DNA of 64,000 nt from Ramazzottius varieornatus (Eukaryota; Animalia; Tardigrada), in assembly GCA_001949185.1 (NCBI GenBank), contig BDGG01000009.1, forward strand, positions 733,624-797,623, given 5' to 3'. This document shows, one piece after another, positions 43,901 through 56,951 of the stretch (position 1 is the first letter of the stretch; the number at the start of each line of letters is the position of its first letter). The notes below the pieces were generated by a model, which worked only from the letters and a program-made list of their open reading frames with translations, was not told the DNA's origin and did not search any database. The position numbers and the translations under genes are program-made.

Positions 43901-46900
43901 GGCTAAGCGCTACTCTGGTTGACATGATGCCGAACTTCGGAGCGACCTCGAACAAGTCTGTAAAAATACGCGCTTATTGTTTTCTGCTTTCCATTCAGTA
44001 GTATTTAGCAAGATCATCCTCGCGAGTGGCGCACGCTCCCAGCCAAAACCAGTAGTAAATTGCGCCACTTGGTACGCGATCATACTCGACCAGACAGCTT
44101 TCCCAGGTGGCGCACACTCTCAACAGACAGTTATGAAAAGGTGCGCCACTTGGAATAACGATCGGGGTGACGTCGTTTATCGACGTTCCAAGTCTTCCAA
44201 ATATTATACCTGTTCCATTTCCGCCAACAACTCTGAACTCGATTTCGGAATTGGGGCTATTCGGTTGGTCAGCATCGCTTGCGCGGATGGTGTAAAACTG
44301 GGTGGCAGCACCGTCAGTTTCGATGAGGCGTATGCAGTCGGTGAGATCGTCGGCGTTGATGACCGGTGCTGAAAAACCAACTATGACCAAAACATTGTTG
44401 CATTCGGGACAGCGGAATATACTTGCCGTTATCATTAACGTCTTCGATTGTGACACGGATAGTTCGTGACGTTTTTCGGCTTTCCCTGTTGAAGCCGTTC
44501 TCGTAGGCGTCGATAGCATTGACGACTAGGGAGTAGGAGCTTCTGCTTTCTCGGTCCAACTTTCCTGTCACCGTTATTCTTCCGGTGTCCTTATCGATGG
44601 CAAAGTCCCCGAAAGCGCTGGCTGGGTCCAGAGTGTACGCTATCTGCCCGTATTCGCCAGAATCTGGATCAGTGGCATGAACGATGGTCAGTTCTTGTCC
44701 AATACGAGCATCCTCGCGAATCGTCACGTCACTCGGCGCAAAAGTGAAATTCGGATTCTAAGAACAGCGATATGAGTAATGTGAGCGACCCGAAATTCCC
44801 CATAGAGATTTGATAATTTATCATCGAACACCCACGTTGTCGTTCACATCGATCACGAAGAGGTACACAGGTGCCACACTTGATCGTCGTGGCTTCCCAG
44901 AGTCATAAGCACGTACGGAGAAATTCAACCAGGTGTACTGTTCCCGGTCAAGTGGCTTTAGCAATGTGATTTCCCCGGTCTCACCATTGATCGTCAGGTA
45001 ATCTTGCACACTAGGCAGCAACTGAAAAAACGCAACATCATGTGAACACTGGCGTAAGTTTTGCTGTGAGCAAAAGTGATCTGAGAAAGCCAACTGGCCC
45101 GTGGGCAACTGACCCTTTATCGAAGTGGCGCACGCTCTCGGTCAGTACCAATGTTAACGTGCGCCACTAACCGCAACCAGGAAACCCGTCAAGATCATTT
45201 CCAAAGTGGCACTCACTTCCAGCTAATAACTTTAACAATGTGCTCCACTGCAAGTGAAGATCTAGATAGAACCTGCCGACATTCCAACTTACGTTTTCCA
45301 AGGTGTATGACATGGTCCGGTCCTTGTCTTTATCGGAAGCCACGATGGTGAAAAGAGGCGACGTGGGAAGGAAGTTCTCGATCACCGAACTTTCATAGAA
45401 TTTCCCGGTACTACCAGGAGGGTAGACGAAGAATGGGTCGTTGTCGTTTACGTCCAAAATTCGTAGACTGATTGTCGTTGTAGCTGTCTGAGGGCCGGTC
45501 TCCGAAGCGAGGTCCTGAGCTTGCACGACTACCTTCACCGTCTCGAAGACTTCTCTGTCAAGTGGCGATGCGACGTACAACTTCCCGTCGGAAGTCAGAC
45601 CAAAGCAGGCTGTGTAGTTGAAATCGTCCTTCCGGACAGGTACCATCAATTCGGACAGTGCGTCGGTCACGTTGAGCAAGGTGTACACCAGGTTGGCTGA
45701 CAGGTCGGGATCTTTTGCTTCTACTTTCCAAATGACGGACCCTACCGCCACATCTTCGGGGACCTCAACGACCGCCATGAGCGGAAATGTCGGCGGCTTG
45801 TTGTTGACGTCTGTCACCTATAAAGTGACGAAGCAGGTAACAGAGAAACATCTTGGCAAATTTAAAAAATAGTGATGACAGCTGGGCAAATGAATTGAAC
45901 CGGGTTAATAGCTGAAGCGGTGCACGTTTTATTCTTCTTGACCGACAGCGCGCGCCGGTTCAGTTCATTTGCTCAGCTTCCTGTTACCACGTACCGCAAT
46001 GCTGACTGTAGTTGTTCCGGTTTTCTGGTCCGATCCGAATCCACCGTCCAACGCGACAACCTGGAAAAAATATCGTTCGGCATCATCTACCGTGTCAAGC
46101 GCCGCAGGTCCGGTAAACCGCGCGAGTCTTACCGTGAGGTCGTAGGAGTCTTGGACGTCTTTGTCTAAGTTGGCGCCACTGGCCAGCGTTATGACTCCGG
46201 TATTTGCATCAATAACAAATTTGTCTTGTGCACCACGCTCCACTCGGTACACTATTCGACCGTATAGATTCGATCGGTCAGCGTCGACTGCGGACACGGT
46301 TACTACAACCGTCCCTGGGGTCGCCGATTCCGATACGATGCCGGCGTAAGTCGCTTGAAGGAATTCTGGACCACTATCATTTTCGTCCCTACAAAACAGA
46401 CGCTTCATCAGCAACTAGAAAAAAGATGATGTTTTATGGAAGTTCGGCAAACGAACTTGCGAGATTATCATTCAGAGTGGCGCGCGTCATCATCGTTAGA
46501 GGATAGAACCGTGCGCCTCCTAAGTAATAACGTTTGTTACGTCAAGTGGCGCACGGTTACCGAGGTACTGACCGGAACAGTGCGCCATGTAAATGCCAAC
46601 TTGTGCTTTTTATTGCAGGCCTTCCACATTCTTTTCTCTGGAATTTTAAAGTGAAAGTGCTTACTGTAAAAATATCTTCAGTGTGGTCGTGGAAGACAGT
46701 GGGGGTTCTCCGGCGTCAAAAGCCACCACTTGCAAGTCGATAACAGCGGAGGATTCGTTGTAGAGTGCTGCCACCGCTTCGTAATCTAACGGCTTGACCA
46801 CGATGACCTCGCCATTTGGATTGACGGCAAAGTGATCGGCGTACGGTGTCGGTGCGATTGCGTAACGGACTTTGGAGTTGGAGGATCGTTGATCATCACG

Positions 46901-49900
46901 ATCCGTAGCGTGTACAATGACGGGCCGTAGAAATGCCAGTTGGTTCTCAAATAACGTCGCTTCGTACAGATCCATATCAAAGACTGGCGCATTGTCATTC
47001 TACAAATGGGCCAACATGACCACGCTTTGTGCAGATTTGAACGAGAATGAACAGCCGGTAAACAAGTTAAACGAGATATTACCACATCATCCAGTATAAT
47101 CCGGATTTGTGCGGTGGCGCGATTTCCATTTCCCAGATTGTCGCGAGCTTCCACCGTCAAGTAAACCTCCGGCATTCTTTCACGGTCGAAAACTTCCCCA
47201 TCTGAAAAATTCACAATCTTTTCAGGCCGAGCGAAGCGATGCCCTTACAAGTCTGTCGAGACTTCAATGGACCATCAGATTCTTCGAGCTTTCAGATATC
47301 GCAAACACAGTACTGAATAAAGACACGCCACTTGATCGGGGCGATTAAACTTTTTACTGGGGAACCGTACTGTGAGTCACAAGTTACGACTTACGATGGC
47401 AGTACACGTAACTAGAATAATTATTGGCCTGTTATCAGTTATTGGCCATCCGTTTATTTCGGCGATCAGTGAGTGACTCGATTGAATCGACTGAAGATCA
47501 CCCACATAGCTTATGAACATGAAAGGTCCACCAGACGAAGCCAAAACAGTCGGCTTTCTAGACGGCTCCAAAAGCGGGTGACCAATCATTGAGAATGGGC
47601 CAACAATTATTCGAGGTACGTGTGCTGCACCCATTTTCGCGCCGAAAACGCACTATCACCACGCCAGCAGCAACCCTAATCAAAGTGCTCGCTCTATAAT
47701 GGTTTGCCTCCTTTGCTCGGCCTTTCCAGTGGTCAGAACCACTAGCTAGTATGCTTCATATTACTGCGCAACTTGAATCGCAGAACGGAACAGCAGCCAA
47801 CCAAATACAACGACACGCATTTCACATACCTGCATACAAACACAATAGCCTAATGGTATACAAAAGTATGCAGGTAGATGACCCGCGATCACCATAACCT
47901 ACATCTCACCCACCTGCATACTACTCACAGTTGCACTACGGTGTGCAAAAGTATGCAGGTCCGTAATCTGTGTTTCTACTCTTACACGACGAAACTCTTG
48001 TTCGTTTTGTCCTTACAGGTTTTCCGGTCAAAAACGACTAGTACCTTTTAGGACGGTGATATCGCCCGTAAAGGCATCCAGTTTGAAATACTCCGCGTAC
48101 TTTCCTTGCAGCCCAGTATACCACACCGTGCCGAAGTCTCCCGAATCGGAGTCATACGCTTGCACTCTCAAGACATGAGTTCCAGGTTCTGGGTTCTCCT
48201 TCATGTGAACCTCGTAAACGTCAGGAGAGAACGTTGGTGGATTATCGTTGATGTCCGTGACGTTCACCGTGACCGTCGCGGTTCCCGAAAAGTGTTCAGG
48301 TGTAAAGGTCTCTTGGGCCATGATGACGAACTGGTACTGCTTGATAACTTCATAGTCCAAATAGGAAGAGTTGCGAACTCGGATCATGAAGACGGCTTCG
48401 TTGACGACAGCCACGGGTGTGATGTCGAAAATGTTGGACGCTGCACCCAGGATGGAAAGCGCGAATGAACCGTTGATGCCTTGATCGGGATCATAGACAC
48501 GTGGAACCACGCCCAAACCCATAGTGACCAGTGCACCAACAGGGGAATTCTCTGTGACCGAGCCGAAGTAGTGATCCAGCGGTTCGTCTCCGTTGTAGAA
48601 TCTTGGGGGATTGTCGTTAGAATCCTGAAAAAGTCAGACGAAAAGGGTTTTTAAAAGAGAAAGATCGGTCTGCATCAACCTGCATACAATGCGTGTATGA
48701 AGACAATCTTATTAGGATGTATGCAGGTACATAACAGACGGTCTTCTTGATCAGTTTGCATGAACCTGCTTACAGCCATGCATCAAGGTTACCCTACTGT
48801 GGTTCACTATTCATAATTTTTTCAAAAGTTCATTACTTTTCGTTTATTAATTTTTTCGACAATGATGCCGACAATATCAAGTATTAATTGCAGCTCACCT
48901 CGATGATGACCGTAACTTGGACGGAAGCCGAAGATCCCGGCAAACCCGACACTTCGGCCGCCACGACCGTCAAAACTATGGCACCACCTGTTGATCGTAA
49001 GTAGGGTGCTTCTCTGTCCAGAGCCTGGGACACATAAACGACCCCAGTCTGTTGGTCTATAGCAAAGGGAGTGTTGGGTGGTTCGAGCGAGTAAGCCATC
49101 TGGTTGGGCTTCCCTCGATCGCCGTCCTGCGCCAGGACGTTGAAGACCTCCTTCCCAATCGGTACGTTCTCCGGTACGAACGTCACACTGGGATATAAAA
49201 CGAAATGCGGAGGCGTGTCTTGCACATCCAGAACCTATAAAAAGCGCAACCACGTTCAACACATATAATATCCGCTCTTGCATCAGTCAGATGAAGTAGT
49301 ACGAAATCCCGGCAAACACCACCATATTGTTTTCCCAATTGGCGCATGCTTCCAGCCCACGACAGTGACATTGTGCGCCACTTGGGAAAAATAATCAAAC
49401 TCGACAAGATCGTTTTCCACAAGTGGCGCAAGCAGTCAGATAATTATACTAGAAGGGTGCGCCACCTGAGAAGAAAATCTTGTGGGGTTTTCTTGCCAGC
49501 TTTCACGATTATTTACTGTATTTTCACCAACTTGGATTTGTCTCTTATTGTTCGACTGCAATGTATTTGCTTGTGTGTATGTGTTAATATCTTACTTGGA
49601 CCACGACGGCCAAAGTTGCCGTGTTCTGGCGACTCAGCGTGGGTGTAGCATCAATGGCGAGGATCCTCAATTGATACATTGGCTTAGTTTCGTAATCCAG
49701 CGACCCAACCAGGACAATACGTCCGGTTCCGGTATTTGGATTAAGGGTTTCAACGCGGAAGGTGTTTCTGTTGTCCAGTTCGTCAAAGCGGACCATGCCG
49801 TACATGCCGGCGTCCTTGTCGGTGGCAGAGAGGAAGCCAATGACGGTTCCCGGCGCCGCGTCCTCGCGCACATAGTAGGTGGAGTTATAGTCGACAAATG

Positions 49901-50607
49901 TTGGCACTTCGTCGTTCTCGTCTTTCACATATATAGTTGATTCTTGTATGATGGGCCGACTGATGATGCCATCCGTCAAGGTTAAGCGGATTAGGTGCGA
50001 GGCTTGAGTTTCACGATCCAGCTTCTTGATTAAGCGCACTTTGGCTTCTCGCGGTGTCTGCCTGTTGTTGATCACTTCCACCACATCGGCTCCTTCGCCA
50101 CTGACGCCGAATGTCAAGACATCGTTGACGTCTGGATCCACACCTCGAAGTGTGTATATTATCGTACCTTAGAAGACAAATCATTCCACATTCAGACACA
50201 TGCGTGACGAGTAGGAACATGCGGGACATTCGTCCAGAAACTTGACACGATTGCTTTTCCAAGTGAGTGGTGCACTTTCTCGGTGTCAATGGCGGAAAGC
50301 CGCGTCACTTAGAATGACGATCATGTCGAGTTTTTTCATTTTCCCAAGCACACGTTTCCAGTGTATTGTCTGGAAGCGTGCGCCGCTTCGAAAAACGGAT
50401 GCTTTTGTACTGACCGACGGGAGTGTCTTCGCTGATGGCGAAATTGTCCATATTCGAGTTGGGATCAAAGCGCGGAATAGTGTTGGACGCTGATGCAGGC
50501 ACTAGAATAGCCGGTGGTCCTTGGCCATAGACGACAGGTAACAGATGTAGAAATGAAACGAGCAGCAGCTTCCCTATCCCAAAACTCGGCACTCCACGAC
50601 GAAGCAT
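40958..50607 (-). CDS. Non-classical cadherin of the CDH23/Cad87A/Cad88C type
   Basis: Signal peptide, then about 10-12 EC repeats (DxNDNxPxF, LDRE, AxDxG). A membrane-adjacent domain (VLSNITGATVNIDD..LMHFVD) precedes the TM segment GMIVGITLGLLLLLMVSIGLF. The cytoplasmic tail contains VPGTNLHQYEGSNPVW..SLDDN. Confidence 0.9.
47828..47960. repeat. Palindromic family B dimer (ACCTGCATAC...GTATGCAGGT) in a cadherin intron
   Basis: Perfect inverted 10-mers at 47828/47866 and 47912/47951. Related copies lie at 48678-48728 and 17760-17817. Confidence 0.75.
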
Positions 50608-53353
50608 TCTTTGGTCCGGAAAAATGACACTTCGGGAGCTAAATCATTTCAACACTCTCACCGAGTCTGAGTATCGACATCTGAAGTAGAAAAATGTCAG
50701 TCGAGGATTTTGGTTGTTTGATCATCTATCGAGAAAACAAGTGACCCATGCCTGATATAAAACGATATGCTAAGTCCGTTGATACTAATTTCGGAACATT
50801 GCCCTTGCGTTTTTGCATAGAACCAACTGATACCTGCTCGGTGACATGCTCACAATAATACCAAATGGGAGGCCGGCAAATGAAACGTATTGATAAAAGA
50901 TCGTTGTCCGAAGTGGCGCACGTATCCACAGTTTCCAGCTGTAAAGATGCGCCACTTGGGCTGACGATCTTTACGTTTAGTTTCCCTCAATGTTCCACAA
51001 AAGGCGTACTTGCACCCATAAGTCGATTATGCAAAGAAAGACCACCTGTGGGTTCACTTACCGCCAGACAGCACCTGAAAACGGAAGCTTCACTGTAGCG
51101 ATGGCCACCTGCTGCTTCAAAACGGTTCGTCAAGAATACAATGGAAAATAACGCTTTATTGTCCGGATACTCAATTAATTTAAGAGAACTCTCATGTATC
51201 AATTGTTCCTCTTGGTTAATTAGCTACTGAGGGCATTTCGTAAGAAGTGCTTTGTACTTGGATGTCGCGAGCAAACAAATCAAGAAGGAGGGTCAAAGCC
51301 ATTCCACAAGGACCTCAACAGCCGGCAGTTGAGCAAAATCAACGTGGCCATTGAATAACAGTAACATTTCCCAACTTGAATCGCTTTGCTCAACATACAC
51401 GCAGTCAGTACACTACAATGACGGATTACATTTACATACACAAGCATGTATATTCCGTCGTTCAAATATTGACTTGATTTCGGACAAGTGACCACCGCTA
51501 CCGTGTCCACGGTCAGTCTCTGTACTGTGGCCTTCATAGACCATAAGCCGAGCCATATTCATGGTCCTACAACCGCAGAGTGCTCTGTAAGAGATTCAGA
51601 GCGGAAAAAAGGGCCACTTTTGTATTTCACATCGTGCGGAAAAGATGGTCTTAGGGGACCCGGAAGCACATACAGTATGTATCAATGTATGTGGCGGGGG
51701 ATTGGTGGTAAGAAAAGTCTACGTCAAGTGGCGCATGCTGCTATTGTTGTTGACCGTAAGCGTGCGCCACTTAGGATAACGATCTTGTACGTTTAGTTTG
51801 CCGGCCCCTAACATCGTCTAAAAGATTTGGTGTTTTAAAGATAATGTCAACACGTAGCAATAGCATCAAAGTACTGATATAAATTCAGTCAGGCAACTGT
51901 ATGATACGCTATGATATCGACGCTATTGATATTGAAAGTTTGAACGACCAGCACTTTGGGCCGTGAACACTGGGCAGAATATCACGCTCGAGGACTCACT
52001 GGTCAACCAACTTCCGCTCATACGGATCATATGGCTGCCCTTGCCCCCACAGCCCGATGTGGCAAGTTCGATTAAAAAATTTCAAACAGACAGAATAATC
52101 TAACAAAATCGTGTACCGACTCACCACATTTTCACCGAAACTTCTTCGGCCCGTTGAGCAACTAATTCCATGCGCCAATCGAACAGGTGGCTACATGTCA
52201 GTCTGTGCAAAACAAAGATGCAAACCATGATCAGCACATCCTGGATATTCCAAGAAATTCTGAAGGAAAGTAGAAAAGAGTAAAAGAGTGAAAGTCTGCC
52301 GGTCTTGACCCACGAGGAGAAAGTAAAACATCGGTGGTCTGTCGCGCGACTTAGACGGCGAAAGTATTCCAAGGACTGCTCTGCTGCTGAATAAGTCAAC
52401 AGCTTAATACCGTACCTCTATGACTCTACCGGCTGTGCATTACGGTAACGCAGCTCGTCAACGTCCGGTTGGAATGGCGAAGGATGAGAGCCACGCTGTG
52501 CGCAGTGCTAGTTTGTTCTCGGATTTACCTTGAACCGATTTCCACAAGGTGCGCGCACGCTGTACTATGGTCCGTGCTGAAGTTGAGCTCGCACTGATGA
52601 CCAGTACAACGACCACTTTACGACAAAAATTGTGCGTTGGCCATTTCCGTCAATACTGAAAGCAGAGTTTCTGATTGGGCAGCATACTGTTCAGTACATG
52701 GACTGAGAGATATATTGTATTCGACAAGCAGGAAAGGATAGAGAAGATTCCGATGGAGAAAGCGTATCTGCGGTCCGAAAGCACTCCATGTTTCGGACGG
52801 AGCTTTGTGAATGAACGTGTGAAGTTTGTCATTGAGATGAGACATCTCCCAAATCTCGCTCGTACGTGCCATACAGACTATTCTAAGAGAATTAATACAC
52901 AATAAGAGCGAACGGCTTAGCCAGCGTTTTACGACATCAGATACCTTTGTCAACAGGTGCCAACACTCCGCACTGTGCTAACCGAGTGCGAAGACTCACA
53001 TGGCTTCCGACTGAAAAATGAATAATCTATGGTCTTCTACTCCCACCGATCCGTCTATCTAAACCGTCCAAACTCCGTCGGACATACAGATCTGTCAGAT
53101 GGGAGGCCGGCGAACGAAACGTTGAGATCGTCATCTTAGGTGACGCATGCTTTAACTGTTACTGGCTGGGAGTTTGCGCCACTTCGGAAAACGACCTTGT
53201 CGAATTTGGTTTTTCCCCAGGTGGCGCACGTTGTCATTACAGTTGGCTCAAAGCGTGCGCCACTTAAGATGACTATCTTGTACGTCTCGTTCTACCGGCC
53301 GCATATAACATGACAGAGGAAAAGTCGTGCGTTTGTCCTGGGGAAAAAGTTCG

Positions 53354-54321
53354 TCAGACATGTGTAGTGGGTGAACGGCCTGTCTCTTCCATCCAACCCT
53401 TTCGACAAGTGGAAATTATCCAGAAATGCTCGTTGTCATCTGATAACAAGAACACAACTGTACCAGAACACAACTCTACCGCATGAGGCCACGCCTTCCG
53501 GCACAGACTGCGCAACTTACCGACATTCCGCTTGATTTTCCCATCGTATCCGTAGACTTTTCTTTTGTCGATGTCGTAGTATCCATTACCGACGTCCATC
53601 GAGTCCTTTGGAATTTCTGGAAGAGGTTCCACTGCTGCCAGCGGTGCTGCGAAAATCCCACAGTATAATAGAAAAAATACATTTTGGTACTATGCAACTT
53701 GATTGCAGCGTAAGCACGAACCTTTGCCGCTTAGGTCGTTTTGTATTTCGCTCCAGAAACGACGATCGGCTGGAATTTTCGAAACAAATCATGTGATGTT
53801 GCTGACCTCACACGAAAGTATACGAGAGGGCGGAAGGTACTTACAGCCATCGCAATATCCCCACGGTTTGTCCGCATCCGATAATCGTGAACCCGGCATC
53901 CCACTATCAAACATCAGACCGTCCGGAAAATACAGCTGACCCTGTCATCCGGAGAAGACGTTATGGAAATCGAAATTTTTCTTAAAGTAGTCGGAAGGAA
54001 CTTCTTATACTTGCGAGTTAAACCTCGATAAGCTTTCCTTTCTCCCAGGTTCCTTTGAAGATGGTCTTATCAGGGTAGACTATTTGACCCTTCCCATGGT
54101 ACAGATCGTCCTGGAACTCTCCTTCGTACACCACGCCAGACTTGTAGGTGTAACGCCCATAACCAGTGCACCTGATTAACAAGTAACATCAGTAAATTAA
54201 ACATAAGATGCCGCTAACACGATGACGGTTGATACCTTCCATCTCTTGAACTTCCGGCGTAATAACAGCCTTTCTGGCCCGTGGACTTATCAGCTCCTGC
54301 TGGAGGTTCGGCGTTCGCCAT
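53354..54321 (-). CDS. MORN5: MORN repeat-containing protein 5
   Basis: MORN repeats GYGRYTYKSGVVYEGEFQDDLYHGKGQIVYP, then YFPDGL..WGYCDG..DRRFWSEI. The C-terminus IPKDSMDVGNGYYD..RNV|DDNEHFWIISTCRKG is typical of MORN5. Confidence 0.88.
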
Positions 54322-54588
54322 GGCAGGTTTCACGCCCAACTTGACAACTCACATCTTCCCTCGTCGAACGTTCATCAGACTAACTGATAAGGCAGTGGAC
54401 CGAACGATCCAGTTGCCAAGAGTTCAGCGAACTGCTCTTAGCTCTTGCTTTTCATTCCCTGAAGAACGATGGGCCAGCGCCGATGATTTCTTCAGCCCGG
54501 CCATGTCCACCTCGGTTTGGCCGTACTGCGTATCAATAAAAAGCGAAAATCCAATACTTTTCCAACATGTAGCATATTAGTTTAATTT

Positions 54589-56664
54589 TCATGTACTGCC
54601 CTCAGCGTAGCTCTCTTGTAGGAAAGGTCGAAGGGTCAGCGAAATGATGAGCAAAGCTGATGCCCCATATACCACAACCGCACAGCCTTTGACTAGGCCT
54701 CCGACCTGTAACTTCCCACATCCCGGTCCACAAATGTCCAGATACCTTGAGGTATCTAATCTAGTGAATATTTTAGTCAGTAGGCTCGTAAAAGCAAGAA
54801 AAACCTTTGAGGAAGAAGTTTGATGGAGATTCGAAGGACGTCGACCGATCAGGACCGGCAAAGTAAGGAGGGTAGAGAAAAGCAAAATGCTGGCCAGAGC
54901 GAGAAACAAGCCTGAAAATATACAGTCAGGGCTACAGTCCGAGTTCCTGCTCGTTATAAGGCTGAAAGAGTTATGAGGGTAATTTGAGAAACTTACTGAA
55001 CCAAGGTATGGTAGGTGACGAGGGAATTATCACCGATGTCCAGGCGTGCAGTCCGCCGAAGAAGATGAGGCTCAAGGCGCACACTATATAGTGAGCCTCC
55101 GACTTCCAGTTGTGCATCAGCAGGAAGCCATTCAGCACAAGAACTACCAGCGAAGCAGCCAGGACGCTTGTCACGAAGGTGCTTGGGGTCTTCCTCAGGT
55201 ACAGACGAACCCATGGAAGCTCGTCAGTTCCGTAGAGCTCGCGCAGTTCCACACTGCTCTCATTCATGATGAACTGCGATGCTTTGACCACGGTCCAGGA
55301 GTGATGTTGTGCGTATAGCTTCACGAAGATGTGTCTGGATCGTAGGAATAAACGAACGCGGCTGTCATGAACGGGAACACCTGCAGTAGGAAATATATCG
55401 GGCCATCCACCAGTGGACCACCACAAATTCGGACGCTTTGTTCAGACATAATTATGTGCGAGAGGTAGAAGTTGATTGAGTGATTCAGTAGACTGAACCT
55501 TCATGACGAAACTTCACATAACATTACATGACATGGTAACTCGGCAAACAAACTCGACCAGATTGTTTTCCCCAGTGGCGCAAGTTTTCAGTGTTATCGG
55601 CTGAAAACGAGCGCCACTTGAGAAAACGATCTGGACGAGTTCGATTGTTTTCCAACTGTCGGACGTTTTGAGTCTCTTTGGCTGAAAATGTGCGCCATTT
55701 GAAAAACAATCTTACCAAGTTTTTTTTTGCCGAGTATCCACAGTGTCATGTCGAATTGAAGCGACATGACAACTCCAGGCTGATACAGAACGATTGAGTA
55801 GATTACTACGTATTCCAGACGGTCGTACCGAATTTGAAGTCGCAGTACAGCGTCGTGTAAGGCCATAGCACAGGATCCACTTCACATCTTGTCCGAAGAG
55901 TGGCACGGGGAAACCACAGAACCTTTCCCGTTGAATGCAATAGCGCCATCGAAGACGCAAACGGCCGCTGGTCAGTATGAAACAATCTGCAAAAGATCAT
56001 AACTTTGGACGGTAGAAGTAACACGATGCGTATGCAACGGCGGTTTTTGGGACCCACGCGTTGATCAGCAGCACTTCCGGGTGGTAAATATCGCTGTCAC
56101 TGGCTGACAGGACGCTAATGTTGCCAAATTTTGACGGATCCCACGAAATGTGCTGGTCGTACCATTTGAGAGCCATTTCAGCGGTGACGCTGATGGTCTC
56201 CTTGTATTCATCCTGCAAGGAGAATTGATCGACGGGAAACAAACTGGACGAGATCGCTTTGTCAAGTGGCGCAAGCGTCCAGTCAACGCAACGAAAACGT
56301 GCGCCACTTGCGGAAACAACCTTGTCGAGCGTTTTTGATAAAAGGCTGATGTCTGAATTTCCTGTTGAGTCATGTAGGAGAATATTCTTACGATCTCGAT
56401 CAAGTTAAGAAGAGCCAAGCTCATGGAAACGTTCAGCCCATCTCCGTCGAAGATAGGATGATGTCGCCTGTCGTAGATTCCATTGTGAATGAGAAGAGTC
56501 CGCAGCAGACTTTCGTTAACTTGTCGGTCTGACTCCACGAACAGCGACCCCGTTTGTTCTTGATTGCCATCCCTGTCGTTTCCTTGATCGACCTCGACTG
56601 TTTCTGGAAAAGAAAGGCCCAACAAGCCTTGTGGGGAGATAGAAACCATGACAAGAATGACCAT
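54589..56664 (-). CDS. Divergent Cys-loop ligand-gated ion channel subunit A
   Basis: YDRRHHP, LKWYDQHISWDPSKFGNI, IYHPEVLLIN, GKVLWFP; Cys-loop CEVDPVLWPYTTLYC (C-x13-C); four hydrophobic segments. The start codon is uncertain. Confidence 0.85.
55535..55739. repeat. Family A dimer copy in an intron of Cys-loop subunit A (close to consensus)
   Basis: CTCGGCAAACAAACTCGACCAGATTGTTTTCCCCAGTGGCGC-N29-GCGCCACTTGAGAAAACGATCTGGACGAGTT, followed by a second, decayed unit. Confidence 0.9.
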
Positions 56665-56951
56665 GCCGCAAAACCTTTCGCTGTTCGAATTCGTACCATT
56701 GAACGCACATCCATACCGTCGAGCCGCCATAAAGACTGCGATAATTTGACAGAATATTATGGAAAACTGCATGCCTGTTTACGAGAGCGATGCGTAACTG
56801 CAAGATAACGGAAGAAGAGCCAAAAAGACAACTGTGATTTCTAAACGAAAATAAACAAAGAAATTGTAGCTGCTAAAGATTACACTGCGCTGACACCGTC
56901 TGCCACCGACTGCAGGGCAACACCGATAATGCCGATATCATCAAACTGACC

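Noticed and set aside
50700-53300. Short ORFs upstream of the cadherin gene
   Set aside because: They show no homology or coding-like composition. The region is probably 5'UTR introns and regulatory DNA containing family A copies.
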